Program-made: the position numbers and the translations under genes
NCBI RefSeq assembly: GCF_003044035.1
Contig: NZ_NVQC01000022.1
Location: 90,001-122,000 of the forward strand
Direction: 5' to 3'
Length of the DNA: 32,000 bases
Origin: Candidatus Methylomirabilis limnetica
GTDB taxonomy: Bacteria; Methylomirabilota; Methylomirabilia; Methylomirabilales; Methylomirabilaceae
Notes under the pieces: model-generated
Database searches by the model: none
Seen by the model: only the letters and a program-made list of their open reading frames with translations
Told to the model about the DNA's origin: nothing
Shown here: one piece after another, positions 16,510-25,859 of the stretch
Position numbering within the stretch: position 1 is the first letter of the stretch
Layout of the letters: every line of letters starts with the position of its first letter

Positions 16510-16904
16510 TGAGCGCGGCAAAGCGACGAATGGCCCTGAGTCGCCAGGAGTTCCGTCAACTGGTCTCTCAGGCGATCGCGTCCCTTCCGCCGCTTGTCAT
16601 GGATTGCCTCACGAACGTAGAGGTCGTGGTGCAGGATCAGCCCACGCACGAGGAGTTGGCGGTGGCCGGGACCGATCCAACGGAGACCCTCCTTGGCCTC
16701 TACGCCGGCATCCCGCTGACCAAGCGGAGCAGTTCCTACGGAATGGTCTTACCCGATAAGATCACCCTGTACCAGCGATCTATTGAGGAAGGCTGCCGAA
16801 CCAAGCAAGAGATCCAAGAACAGATCCGCACGACCCTGTTGCACGAGATTGGTCACCATTTTGGCCTCTCTGAAGACGAACTGGAAAAGGCCGGGTACAA
16901 GTAA
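16506..16904 (+). CDS. Zincin-like metallopeptidase family protein (DUF1025/Zincin_1-like)
   Basis: C-terminal LLHEIGHHFGLSEDEL, preceded by the family-typical LLGLYAGIPLTKRS and LPDKITLYQRSI. The ATG at 16506 overlaps the rhomboid stop (ATGA). Confidence 0.7.
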   Translation: MMSAAKRRMALSRQEFRQLVSQAIASLPPLVMDCLTNVEVVVQDQPTHEELAVAGTDPTETLLGLYAGIPLTKRSSSYGMVLPDKITLYQRSIEEGCRTKQEIQEQIRTTLLHEIGHHFGLSEDELEKAGYK

Positions 16905-17174
16905 CGATTTGACTCGCGATTTCCGTTGACAAGAGTCTGGTTCGACGTAAAGTATAACAAGAAGCTCGATACTTGGTTGCGTGCATTGATGATAAATTGT
17001 GACGAACAGGTTAGGATCCGATAGATGTTCTGCCCAAATGGGTTTTGTGCGAATTCTGCTTGACAAGAAGGGGGAGAGGGAATGGCAAGAAGGACACGCC
17101 CCCTGCGAGCCGGAGATGAGGAGACTGCGATGCCTGAGACACAGAGTCTCGTAAAGGAAGGGAGTGGAACTTAG

Positions 17175-18416
17175 ATGAAGCGCCTGCTATTGAGATCGGT
17201 AATTGGGGTCATCTGCCTTCTAACCATGCAATCTTTCACCGTCGTGTCGGCGCAGCAGCCGTCTGCGACATTCCCCGTAATCGTGGTCTTCGCCGATAAC
17301 GCCCCTTTTCACAATTTCCAAGCCTTCTATCGTGCGGACGACCGAGCCCGCGCGAACCCTACAGCGTGGGAATACCTCGATCCGGGCGTCTCCGGAGCCG
17401 TGCAGGCAATTGAAGCGAGGCATGGCTTCCGCTCAGACCACGTCTACAGCGCAAGCTTGCGAGGCTTTGCCGCCCGTCTGACGGCGCGGCAGATTGACGC
17501 GCTCGAGAACGAGCCCATGGTCGCCTATGTCGAGGCCGACGGCACAATGCACGCTATCGCCCAGACGCTTCCCTGGGGTATCAATCGAATCGACGCGGAC
17601 AGCAGCTCGACAAAGGCCGGGGACGAGGAGGGCGCCGTTACGAACGTTAACGTCTACATCATCGATACCGGGATCGCGACACACTCCGACCTTAATCTGG
17701 TCAAAAATGTGAACTTCGCCGGAGGAAAGAACACCGACTGCAACGGCCATGGGACACATGTGGCCGGCACCGTAGCAGCCAAAGACAATCTGAGCGACGT
17801 GGTAGGGGTCTCTCCCGGCGCGCCGCTCACTGGCGTGAAGGTGCTCGGGTGCAGCGGGAGCGGGACGATGTCGGGCGTTACCAAGGGCGTGGACTGGGTG
17901 ACGGCCGACGCCAAGTTGCTAGCCAACGCCACGAAGCGGGCTGTCGCCAACATGAGCCTTGGCGGTGGGGTGAGCGAAGCTCTGGACACCGCGGTGAAGA
18001 GGTCGGCCGATAGCGGCGTCTTCTACTCTATCGCAGCAGGAAACAGCGGGGCGGATGCCTGCAACTCCTCGCCGGCCCGCGCGGGCATGTATGACGGCGT
18101 CATGACGGTCGCTGCCACCGACAGTACTGACCATGAAGCTTCCTGGAGCAACTATGGCACTTGCGTGGACGTTTGGGCGCCAGGCGTAAGCATCCTGTCA
18201 ACGAGAAAAGGTGGGGGAACGACGACCATGTCTGGCACGTCGATGGCCGCACCCCACGTCGCCGGGACGGGTGCCCTCTATCTGTCGACCCCTGCCAATG
18301 CAAGCGCTAGCCCCTCCGCCGTCGAAATACAGCTCAAGGCCGACGCCACCAAGAACACGGGCACCTTTAGCAAGGACGAACAGCCCATCACGCTGATCCA
18401 CGCTGGGGGATATTGA
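17175..18416 (+). CDS. Secreted subtilisin-like serine protease (peptidase S8) with N-terminal I9-type propeptide
   Basis: Signal peptide and an inhibitor-I9-like region ([26 protein letters not shown]). Catalytic triad contexts are [12 protein letters not shown] (Asp), GHGTHVAGT (His) and [12 protein letters not shown] (Ser). Confidence 0.9.
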   Translation: MKRLLLRSVIGVICLLTMQSFTVVSAQQPSATFPVIVVFADNAPFHNFQAFYRADDRARANPTAWEYLDPGVSGAVQAIEARHGFRSDHVYSASLRGFAARLTARQIDALENEPMVAYVEADGTMHAIAQTLPWGINRIDADSSSTKAGDEEGAVTNVNVYIIDTGIATHSDLNLVKNVNFAGGKNTDCNGHGTHVAGTVAAKDNLSDVVGVSPGAPLTGVKVLGCSGSGTMSGVTKGVDWVTADAKLLANATKRAVANMSLGGGVSEALDTAVKRSADSGVFYSIAAGNSGADACNSSPARAGMYDGVMTVAATDSTDHEASWSNYGTCVDVWAPGVSILSTRKGGGTTTMSGTSMAAPHVAGTGALYLSTPANASASPSAVEIQLKADATKNTGTFSKDEQPITLIHAGGY

Positions 18417-18681
18417 TCTGACTATAAACATACCGCGTGGATTAGAGCGAGGGGAGACTCGGCGACAAGCATTTTCAGAGTTCAGAAAATATCACCATCA
18501 GCATCAACTAGACGCGCCGGCCTCTTGCCATGTCTCCGCGTTCCCTTCTATTAATCTTGGGGTGGGCGTTCGCCTCGTTCCATAACAATTCTTCCTGAAT
18601 TCCTCTGTGGGTACTCAGCTCCAGCCTTCTCTTTCCGGCTGGCTTCACCAGGTCTGCTCATACTGAAACCCTGGAAAACTC

Positions 18682-18711
18682 TTGACACTTTCGGGTAACC
18701 CCCGATAAGAT
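18682..18711 (+). promoter_or_regulatory. Candidate sigma-70-type promoter upstream of the ThrC-like fusion gene
   Basis: TTGACA (18682..18687), an 18-nt spacer, then TAAGAT (18706..18711), about 40 nt upstream of the ATG at 18753 (GAGGAGG RBS). Pattern match only. Confidence 0.35.
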
Positions 18712-18752
18712 CGCGCCGGTCTTGCGTCTACACTGAGGATTGAGGAGGATCG

Positions 18753-20609
18753 ATGGCTGCGAGAGGACGGCGTGGGGAGGCTAGGTTTTACGAGCTCTAC
18801 TGCATCGTGTGCGGCAAGACCTGCACCGAGCAGGAGAGCAGTACGCGTTGCATCAGTTGCGGCAAGCCGCTCGGCGTACGCTATGACTACACCTATATCA
18901 GAGCTCGCCTGAATCGATACTCGCTCAAGACCTCTCCGATCAAGGCACTTAAATATCTCGACTTCTATCCCATTCTCAACCTCGATCTGGTGGTCTCTCT
19001 TGATGAGGGCGGGACGCCGCTGTACCGGTGCCATAGACTAGCGGAAGAGTTGGGGATCAAACGGCTCTACATTAAAAACGAAGGGTTGAATCCGACCGGT
19101 GTCTTCAAGGATAGAGGAACGCTCGTGGAGATCACCAAGGCCAAAGAGCAAGGCGCCAAGGCGATCTGCGTGGCGTCCACCGGGAATATGGCCGGTTCCG
19201 TCGCTGCCTACGCCTCGATCGCCGGGCTGCCGTGCTATGTGGCGGTGCCGGAGGGGACCCCGATCGGAAAGATGGCCCAGGCCCTCTCCTACGGAGCCCG
19301 GGTCCTCCAGATCCGAGGGACGTATAACGATGCGGCATCCATCGCCGAGCAGATGAGCCAGCGCTATAGGTTTTATCTGGCGGGCGATTACGCCTTCCGC
19401 ATCGAAGGCCAGAAGTCGCAGGCGTTCGAAATTGTGGAGCAATTGGACTGGCAGGCCCCCAGCGTCGTCATTGTCCCAATGGGTTGCGGCACGAACATCG
19501 CCGCCCTCTGGAAGGGATTCAAAGAGTTTCATGAGCTGGGCTTGATCTCGTCTCTGCCGCGGATGATCGGCGTCCAGCCGGTAGGCTGTCAGCCGATCGT
19601 GACCGCGTTTAATCAGGGGAGCGATGACACTGTACCGGTAAAAAAACCGGAGTCGGTTGCCTCTGCGTTGATCGCAGGCGATCCACTGGACGGGCTGAAG
19701 GCGCTGGCGGCACTCCGCGAATCGGGCGGATGCGCCCTGTCGCTCAACGATACCGAGATCTTGGAGGCCCAGCAGCGGCTCGCGCGCCAGGAGTCGATCT
19801 TCGTAGAACCGTCCGGGGCGCTCCCGGTCGGGGCGCTAGCGCTGCTGCTTACCAGCGGACGCGTGAGGGCGGACGAGTCAGTAGTCTGCCTCGCGACAGG
19901 GAACGGGCTCAAGGATCCCCGGGCAGCGCTGCGAATTCTGCCGTCCCCGGCCACTATCGACCCCTCGATGCAGGAGGTCGAGAAGTTCCTGAAGCTGCGG
20001 CTCTACGAGATCAGGGCCGCCGGGGCTAAGAACGGCGATAAGAACCTGTTTGAGCAAGTCCCGTCGGCGGCCGAGGTCGTCACGAAGGTCCGGCAGGAGT
20101 TCGGGGTGAAGCTCACTGCGGAGTACGGGGGCAAGGTGCGGTCTCTGATCGAGGAGTTTGTGAAGAAGGGGAAGCCGATCACCAAGGCGGACCTTCAGTA
20201 TATCGTGGAGAATGTTCTCAAGGGGCTTTCGGCCCATAAGCTCGTCCTCGCGGTAGAGGATTTCAGGGTCTCGACGTCGCTCCATGGCCAGGCGGAGGCG
20301 GCCGTTTGGGTCCTGTTCGATGGGGAGAAGGTCGAGGCCACCTCCGTGGGTGTCGGGCCGGTGGATGCAGTCATTAACGCCCTGAAACAAGCCGCTTTGA
20401 CCAGCGGTAAGCTCTTCTTTGAGCTGATCGACTATAATGTACAGATCAACTCGCCTGGGACCGCTGCCGCAGTCGAGACCACCATTGTCATGAAGGACGC
20501 CGAAGGCAACCGGGTAGTCGCCATCGGGACCTCCCCCGACATTATCGTCGCCTCGGTGAATGCCTTCATAGAAGGCTATAACCTGCTTTGGCTACGACAG
20601 AAGCGGTGA
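18753..20609 (+). CDS. Threonine synthase-like PLP enzyme fused to the C-terminal linker and regulatory (LeuA_dimer-type) domain of isopropylmalate/citramalate synthases
   Basis: One uninterrupted 618-aa ORF. It has an N-terminal zinc ribbon (CIVCGK...CISCGK), the ThrC-type PLP lysine context NPTGVFKDRG, ASTGNMAGSVAAYA and GNGLKDP. From about nt 20089 come GVKLTAEYGGKVRSLIEEFVKKGKPITKADLQYIV, then VGVGPVDAVINALKQA ... DYNVQINSPGTAAAVETTIVM ... GTSPDIIVASVNAFIEGYN. These resemble the LeuA/CimA C-terminal allosteric domain. Confidence 0.75.
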   Translation: MAARGRRGEARFYELYCIVCGKTCTEQESSTRCISCGKPLGVRYDYTYIRARLNRYSLKTSPIKALKYLDFYPILNLDLVVSLDEGGTPLYRCHRLAEELGIKRLYIKNEGLNPTGVFKDRGTLVEITKAKEQGAKAICVASTGNMAGSVAAYASIAGLPCYVAVPEGTPIGKMAQALSYGARVLQIRGTYNDAASIAEQMSQRYRFYLAGDYAFRIEGQKSQAFEIVEQLDWQAPSVVIVPMGCGTNIAALWKGFKEFHELGLISSLPRMIGVQPVGCQPIVTAFNQGSDDTVPVKKPESVASALIAGDPLDGLKALAALRESGGCALSLNDTEILEAQQRLARQESIFVEPSGALPVGALALLLTSGRVRADESVVCLATGNGLKDPRAALRILPSPATIDPSMQEVEKFLKLRLYEIRAAGAKNGDKNLFEQVPSAAEVVTKVRQEFGVKLTAEYGGKVRSLIEEFVKKGKPITKADLQYIVENVLKGLSAHKLVLAVEDFRVSTSLHGQAEAAVWVLFDGEKVEATSVGVGPVDAVINALKQAALTSGKLFFELIDYNVQINSPGTAAAVETTIVMKDAEGNRVVAIGTSPDIIVASVNAFIEGYNLLWLRQKR

Positions 20610-21278
20610 CTCCTTCGGCAGGTCGTAACGGAGGGGGCAACTGTCACAGAGCGGCGTTTTCCGGCAGTAGGTCTTGCCGACGGCCACCAGCAGGGCGTGA
20701 TACTCGTTGAAGAGCGTCGGGTTAGCCGGCAGGTGTGTCATGAAGAGACGCTGGATCGCACCATAGGGAGTTTTCTCCGTACTCAGTCCGTGCCGCTCCA
20801 GTACCCGACGGGTGTAGGCGTCCACTACAAAGATCGGTCGGCCTCCCGCGTACAGTAGGATCGAGTCGGCCGTCTCCTCGCCAATCCCTGAAATTCCCAG
20901 CAGCTCTGGCCGCAATCTCTGTAGCTCCGCTCGACACATCCGCTGTAGACTTCCGCTGTAACGCGTTTGCAAGAACTGCGTGAACTGTTTCAGGCATTTG
21001 GCCTTCATGTTATAATACCCTGACGATCGGATGAGCTGGGCGAGTTGCTCCTGTGGCGCGGCATCGATCCCACGGGGGTTGAGCAGTCGCGCACCCCGCA
21101 TCGCCGCGATGGCTCGCTCGACGTTGACCCAGGCGGTGTTCTGAGTAAGGATGGCGCCGACGATGACCTCAAACCGAGAGCGGGCCGGCCACCAGCGCTG
21201 TGGTCCAAAATGTCGGAAGAGATGCCGGTAAAGGGAGATGAGCCGACGTTTGGTTGCTGTCTGTGGCATGCCGATCAT
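20592..21278 (-). CDS. Endonuclease III-like HhH-GPD base-excision DNA glycosylase family protein
   Basis: 228 aa with ILTQNTAWVNVERAI, the helix-hairpin-helix LLGISGIGEETADSILLYA, VVDAYTRRVL and a C-terminal Cys cluster (CRKTPLCDSCPL). The 3' end overlaps the ThrC-like gene convergently by 18 nt. Confidence 0.75.
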   Translation of the reverse strand: MIGMPQTATKRRLISLYRHLFRHFGPQRWWPARSRFEVIVGAILTQNTAWVNVERAIAAMRGARLLNPRGIDAAPQEQLAQLIRSSGYYNMKAKCLKQFTQFLQTRYSGSLQRMCRAELQRLRPELLGISGIGEETADSILLYAGGRPIFVVDAYTRRVLERHGLSTEKTPYGAIQRLFMTHLPANPTLFNEYHALLVAVGKTYCRKTPLCDSCPLRYDLPKESPLLS

Positions 21279-21322
21279 TGTGACTGGTTTTTCTGAGAGG
21301 TCAAGGGGAGAGTCAGCGAGCA

Positions 21323-21757
21323 GTGACGCGATACTTGGGGATCGATTTTGGGACGCGGCGGATCGGGGTGGCCGTAAGTGATGAGTTGGGACTCACAGCC
21401 CAGCCCCTGCCATCACTCGAACCATCTTCAGAGCAGGAGGCCCTCAGCGTCATTCAAGGGCTGATTGACCAGTATGGTGCACTCGAGGTGGTCGTCGGCC
21501 TGCCAAAGAACATGAACGGCTCCATCGGCCCTGCCGCCGAGGCGGCCATGGCGTTTGCCAGGCGACTGGAAGAGGGTGGGACGGCAAAAGTGACGATGTG
21601 GGACGAGCGGCTGACCAGCAGGGAGGCTGAACGCCTGCTGATCGAGGCCGATCTGTCCAGAGCCAAGCGGAAGCGGCACGTCGATCAGATGGCCGCCGTC
21701 CTTATCCTGCAGGGCTTCCTCGATCGTTACCATCGTCAGCAGGAGCGCTCCTCGTGA
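21323..21757 (+). CDS. ruvX: Holliday junction resolvase-like nuclease RuvX (YqgF)
   Basis: GTG start. YLGIDFGTRRIGVAVSD at the N-terminus, GLPKNMNGSIGP and DERLTS blocks. Confidence 0.88.
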   Translation: MTRYLGIDFGTRRIGVAVSDELGLTAQPLPSLEPSSEQEALSVIQGLIDQYGALEVVVGLPKNMNGSIGPAAEAAMAFARRLEEGGTAKVTMWDERLTSREAERLLIEADLSRAKRKRHVDQMAAVLILQGFLDRYHRQQERSS

Positions 21758-22773
21758 GCACAACACTCTCATCACCTCCACTGCCGCCGCGAGCGCTTAC
21801 CCTATGCCTCTGTCTCCTGGTGGGAGGAGGTATCTTGTGGTACATTATGGGCGGACCGGCACCGTCAACGAACGAGACCACACGTGCCGTTGTCATCAGG
21901 CCGCAGACGGGAGCCTTCGATATCGCGAGGACGCTGAAAGAGGCGCGTGTGATCCGCAGTCGTTTCGCCTTCCTGGCTGTGGCTGTCGCCCGTGGCACAC
22001 AACGACACCTGCTTGCCGGAGAGTATGAGTTTGCCTCTGGCCTCAACCTGCTTGAGGTTATCCGCCGGCTCGAGCAGGGGAAAGGGTTCGTCCATCAGGT
22101 GACGATTCCCGAGGGGTTCGCCGCCCAACAGATTGCCGAAACGCTTCAGAAAAAGGGGCTGGTCGATCAGAAACGGTTCATGGGTCTTCTGCGGGACCGT
22201 CAGTTGCTGGCGCGGTACAGGGTGGATGGTGAGTCGCTCGAAGGCTATCTGTTCCCAGATACTTATCGCCTCGTCAAGGGGCTGAGCGAAGAGGCGATTA
22301 TCGGGCGAATGGTTCAGCGATTTGGTGAGGTGTTCGGTCCTGCAGAACGGGCACGCGCCATGGAGATGAAGATGTCAGTGGCAGAGGTGGTGACCATCGC
22401 TTCCCTGATCGAACGGGAAGCGATGGCGGAAGAGGAACGGCCGCTCATCTCGGCGGTGTTCTATAATAGGCTGCGGCTGGGGATGCCGCTGCAATCCGAT
22501 CCTACTGTGCTCTACAGCCTATCGCGGTTTAGCGGCAAGCTCACCAGAGCGAACCTGCAGGCGCCCTCGCCATACAACACGTACCTTCACCGGGGCCTGC
22601 CGCCCGGTCCGATCGCAAGCCCTGGACGCGCCTCCGTCATGGCCGCCCTACATCCCGCCTCCTCCCGATATCTGTATTTCGTGTCGAAAAATGACGGGAC
22701 GCATGCCTTTTCGAATACGCTGGGCGAGCACAACGCTATGGTAAGGCGGTATCAGATCAGGAGGGCGGGATGA
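21754..22773 (+). CDS. mltG: Endolytic murein transglycosylase MltG (YceG family)
   Basis: N-terminal TM helix, then EGYLFPDTY, ASLIEREA, LQSDPTVLY, SPYNTYLHRGLPPGPIASPG. GTGA overlap with ruvX. Confidence 0.88.
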   Translation: MSTTLSSPPLPPRALTLCLCLLVGGGILWYIMGGPAPSTNETTRAVVIRPQTGAFDIARTLKEARVIRSRFAFLAVAVARGTQRHLLAGEYEFASGLNLLEVIRRLEQGKGFVHQVTIPEGFAAQQIAETLQKKGLVDQKRFMGLLRDRQLLARYRVDGESLEGYLFPDTYRLVKGLSEEAIIGRMVQRFGEVFGPAERARAMEMKMSVAEVVTIASLIEREAMAEEERPLISAVFYNRLRLGMPLQSDPTVLYSLSRFSGKLTRANLQAPSPYNTYLHRGLPPGPIASPGRASVMAALHPASSRYLYFVSKNDGTHAFSNTLGEHNAMVRRYQIRRAG

Positions 22774-23522
22774 GGAAGGGTCTAATCATAATCGTTGCGC
22801 TTAGCGGTCTGCTCGCCGCCTGTGCCACAGAGCAGATGGCGGTGAAACAGGAAAAGGCCGACAGCCATTATCATCTTGGTGTCGCACGCCTGGCCAATGG
22901 GGACGCGAAGCAGGCCATCGGGGAGTTCAGTCAGGCGATCGATGGCGCCTCAGACAATTCTGCCTATCATAACGCCTTGGGGTTAGCGTACCTGATGGAT
23001 CGTCGGCCCGATCTGGCCATTGCCTCCTTGCAACGGGCTGTCGAGCTCGATTCGAAATTCTCCGATGCCTACAATAATCTCGGTTCGGCTTATGTCCAGC
23101 GAGCGGAGTACGATCAGGCCATCAAGGCCTTCAGGCAGGCCCTTTCAAACCCTGCCTACCTGACACCCGAGCAGGCGCGCCTGAACCTGGGGAATGTCTA
23201 CGTCGTCCAGGGTCGGGCTGCCGATGCGGTTGTGGAGTTTAAGCGTGCGCTGGATATCGCTCCCGATTTCACCGAGGCCCATAATCGGCTGGGGCACGTC
23301 TACCTGGTGCAAGGACGGTTGGAACTGGCGATAGCCGAGCTGACACTGGCCGTAAAACAGGACCCTGATCTCGCCACTGCATACCAGAGCTTGGGCTTTG
23401 CCCATCTGTCGGCTGGTGAGAAAGACCGGGCCAAACAGGCATTTCAGAAGGTCGTGGAACTGAGCCCCACAAGCGAGATGGCAGCCGAGGCGATGCGTCA
23501 GCTCAAACTACTTAGCCAATAG
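22770..23522 (+). CDS. TPR-repeat lipoprotein (PilF/PilW-like by architecture and rlmN adjacency)
   Basis: Lipobox LSGLLAAC, followed by about 6 TPR units (AYHNALGLAYL, AYNNLGSAYV, AHNRLGHVYL, AYQSLGFAHL). The pilus assignment is inferred from context only. Confidence 0.55.
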   Translation: MRKGLIIIVALSGLLAACATEQMAVKQEKADSHYHLGVARLANGDAKQAIGEFSQAIDGASDNSAYHNALGLAYLMDRRPDLAIASLQRAVELDSKFSDAYNNLGSAYVQRAEYDQAIKAFRQALSNPAYLTPEQARLNLGNVYVVQGRAADAVVEFKRALDIAPDFTEAHNRLGHVYLVQGRLELAIAELTLAVKQDPDLATAYQSLGFAHLSAGEKDRAKQAFQKVVELSPTSEMAAEAMRQLKLLSQ

Positions 23523-23559
23523 CTGCGGCACATCTCCTTCCTATCCATTGAGTGAGAAA

Positions 23560-24627
23560 ATGTCCAATATAATTGACCTCAAAGGGCTGAGCCTTGAGGA
23601 GATGGAGCGTTTTGTTTCCGACCACGGCGAGCCGGTCTACCGTGGCCACCAGCTCTTCCACTGGATCTACGGGCGCGGCGCACGTACGTTCGCGGAGATG
23701 ACCGATCTGCCGATCGCGTTACGCGAGAGGCTGGCCGAGCGGGCGCGCATTGGCACCCTCGCTTCTCTCGGCAGAGAGGTCTCCCGGGACGGCACGCGGA
23801 AATACCTGTTTGGCTGCGCGGATGGGCGAGCTATTGAGGCGGTGCTGATCCCCGATGAGGGGCGGCTGACCGCTTGTCTTTCCACCCAAGTAGGTTGTGC
23901 TCTGGCCTGCGCCTTTTGCCTGACTGGAACAATGGGGTTCGTCCGGCACTTGCAGGCGGCTGAGATCGTCGATCAGACGCTCGCGCTCCAGCGGGATCTT
24001 CTGCCAGGAGAACGAATCGGCAATCTGGTGTTGATGGGGATGGGGGAACCACTCCATAACTACGACGCCACTGTGAAGGCGCTCACGATCCTGACTCACC
24101 CCCTGGGCCTTGCGTACCCTCCGCGTCGGATCGCCATCTCCACCGTCGGCCTGGTCCCAGAGATCGTGCGGCTCGGCCAAAGTGGACTTCTGGTGAACTT
24201 GGCCGTGTCGCTCCATGCGGCCACTGATGAGCTTCGCGACCGTCTGGTTCCGGTCAATCGCCGCTACCCGCTTAAGGCATTGATGGCGGCACTCAGGGCG
24301 TATCCGATTCCGTCGCGCCGCCGTCTCACCTTTGAGTATGTGCTCATCAATGAGGTGAACGACCGACCGGAGGATGCCCGTGAGCTGGTAAAGCTGCTGC
24401 GTGGCCTTCGGTGCAAGATCAACCTCCTGGCCTTAAATGAGGCCCCTGCCATCCCATTTCGCCGACCTTCACGGGAGCGCGTCGAGACCTTCCAACGTAT
24501 CCTGAAGGCAGCCGGCCTCCTGACCACCATCCGCGAGAGTCGCGGCATGGACATCTCGGCCGCCTGTGGCATGTTGGTCACCGAGACCAACCAGAAAAAA
24601 CTTGACACTGCCGGGCATCTTGCCTAA
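23560..24627 (+). CDS. rlmN: Radical SAM 23S rRNA/tRNA adenine-C2 methyltransferase RlmN
   Basis: CALACAFCLTG radical-SAM cluster motif, MGMGEPLHNYD, ISTVGLVP and a C-terminal DISAACG. The ATG at 23560 is preferred over the TTG at 23548. Confidence 0.9.
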   Translation: MSNIIDLKGLSLEEMERFVSDHGEPVYRGHQLFHWIYGRGARTFAEMTDLPIALRERLAERARIGTLASLGREVSRDGTRKYLFGCADGRAIEAVLIPDEGRLTACLSTQVGCALACAFCLTGTMGFVRHLQAAEIVDQTLALQRDLLPGERIGNLVLMGMGEPLHNYDATVKALTILTHPLGLAYPPRRIAISTVGLVPEIVRLGQSGLLVNLAVSLHAATDELRDRLVPVNRRYPLKALMAALRAYPIPSRRRLTFEYVLINEVNDRPEDARELVKLLRGLRCKINLLALNEAPAIPFRRPSRERVETFQRILKAAGLLTTIRESRGMDISAACGMLVTETNQKKLDTAGHLA

Positions 24628-24635
24628 GATGTCTT

Positions 24636-24714
<79 letters not shown>

Positions 24715-24723
24715 ATAATCGAT

Positions 24724-24754
24724 GGGTTAGGCGTTCTCGCCTAGCCCTTTTTTT
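24724..24754 (+). terminator. Rho-independent terminator after tRNA-fMet
   Basis: The GGGTTAGGCG / CGCCTAGCCC stem (one G-T pair) with a TTCT loop is followed by 7 T residues. Confidence 0.75.
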
Positions 24755-25036
24755 ATGCACCATGTCCAGTAGGCCCATAGTAGGCCCAGCTTATTAAGTC
24801 CGCCTCACTTGGAAGCCCTTCAAGGTTGGCCCTTCACATTCGCGAAGTCGAGTGATCGAATCCCCTATACGATGTAGCTCGTAAAGGGATCATATGAGAT
24901 GCGCTCAGGGCTGACCGCAGACAAGACAGCCTAGCCGCCTTTCCGATGCCTACCCTTGCCATCGTTATCAGTTTTCCTGCCTTGTGAAGTCGTGGGGAGA
25001 ACAGCCCATGGAAGTCTCGCTTTGGTGAGACCGTTC

Positions 25037-25064
25037 TTGACAGATTCTCGCCTCCTGATATGAT
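25037..25064 (+). promoter_or_regulatory. Candidate sigma-70-type promoter with adjacent palindromic operator for the antitoxin-toxin pair
   Basis: TTGACA (25037..25042), 16 nt, TATGAT (25059..25064). Immediately downstream TTGATCTAGTTATATCAA carries the TTGAT/ATCAA inverted repeat, as expected for TA autoregulation. Confidence 0.4.
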
Positions 25065-25096
25065 TGATCTAGTTATATCAACCATGATAGGAGCGT

Positions 25097-25390
25097 ATGG
25101 ACATGGTTAAAAAGGTAAACGCGCTGAATGCGCGAAAGAAGCTCGGCCAGCTCCTCGAGGAAGTGTACTACAAGGGTGACCAGTTCGTCATCGAGCGCGC
25201 GGGTCGCCCCATGGCGGCCGTGGTGCCGGTCTGGCAACTGGAAGAGCGAGCGACGCGTAAGGAGCGCCTCCTCGGGACGGTCGAAAAGGTGTGGCAGCAG
25301 ACGAAGCATCTAAAACCAGGGATCGTCGAGCGAGAGGTGAAGCAGGCTATCAAGGCCGTTCGGGAGAGGGCCGGGCGCCGGAAGGCATGA
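25097..25390 (+). CDS. Type II antitoxin, Phd/YefM family
   Basis: 97 aa. The N-terminus VNALNARKKLGQLLEEVYYKGDQFVIERAGRPMAAVVP is typical of the Phd/YefM fold. The stop overlaps the toxin ATG (ATGA). The start may be the ATG at 25103, which has better spacing from AGGAG. Confidence 0.75.
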   Translation: MDMVKKVNALNARKKLGQLLEEVYYKGDQFVIERAGRPMAAVVPVWQLEERATRKERLLGTVEKVWQQTKHLKPGIVEREVKQAIKAVRERAGRRKA

Positions 25391-25820
25391 CTCGGGCGGT
25401 GCTTGATGCCAATGTGTTGGTGGGTGCCATCCTCAGCCCAAAGGGCACCCCCGCGAAGGTCCTCACTGCCTGGCAGGCCGAGCAGTTTCATCTGGTCCTC
25501 TCCGAGGCGGTCCTCGACGAGATCGACCGCGTCTTGCGCTACCCAAGGATCGCTAGGCGCCACGGCTGGTCCGAAGAGCGGCTTCAGGCTTTATCGAGGA
25601 TCTCGCCCATCTCGCGATTATGACGCCAGGTGTGGTCTGCCTCACTGTGATCTCAGAAGATCCACCGGATGACCACTACCTAGAATGTGCGATTGAAGGG
25701 GATGCCGACTATATCGTGAGTGGTGATCAGCATCTCCTCGAGCTGGGGGAATACCAGGGGATCAGAATCCTCACGCCGCGAGCATTCCTGAATATTCTGA
25801 GAAGACAACCGAGGCCATAG
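25387..25820 (+). pseudogene. PIN-domain (PIN_3-type) toxin interrupted by a frameshift
   Basis: Frame A (25387..25623) reads MTRAVLDANVLVGAILSPKGTPAKVLTAWQAEQFHLVLSEAVLDEIDRVLRYPRIARRHGWSEERLQA. Frame B, open from 25557, continues FIEDLAHLAIMTPGVVCLTVISEDPPDDHYLECAIEGDADYIVSGDQHLLELGEYQGIRILTP. Joined near 25588..25592 they give a full-length PIN_3 toxin, which implies loss of 1 nt. Confidence 0.65.
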
Positions 25821-25859
25821 AAGAAGGGCGATTTTCGCTGAGTGAAGTTCGTCGGTGGG

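Noticed and set aside
24759-24788. GCACCATGTCCAGTAGGCCCA (with a second AGTAGGCCCA) versus GCATTATGGCCAGTAGGCCCA at 31821..31841 as attL/attR of a 7-kb island
   Set aside because: It is only about 18/21 matches with a 12-nt exact core. By my rough estimate several such matches are expected by chance among all position pairs in 32 kb. The positions are suggestive but the evidence is insufficient.
24834-25085. 83-aa minus-strand ORF just after tRNA-fMet
   Set aside because: It has no RBS, no recognisable motif and a Ser/Arg-rich composition, and it overlaps the candidate antitoxin promoter. Treated as non-coding.
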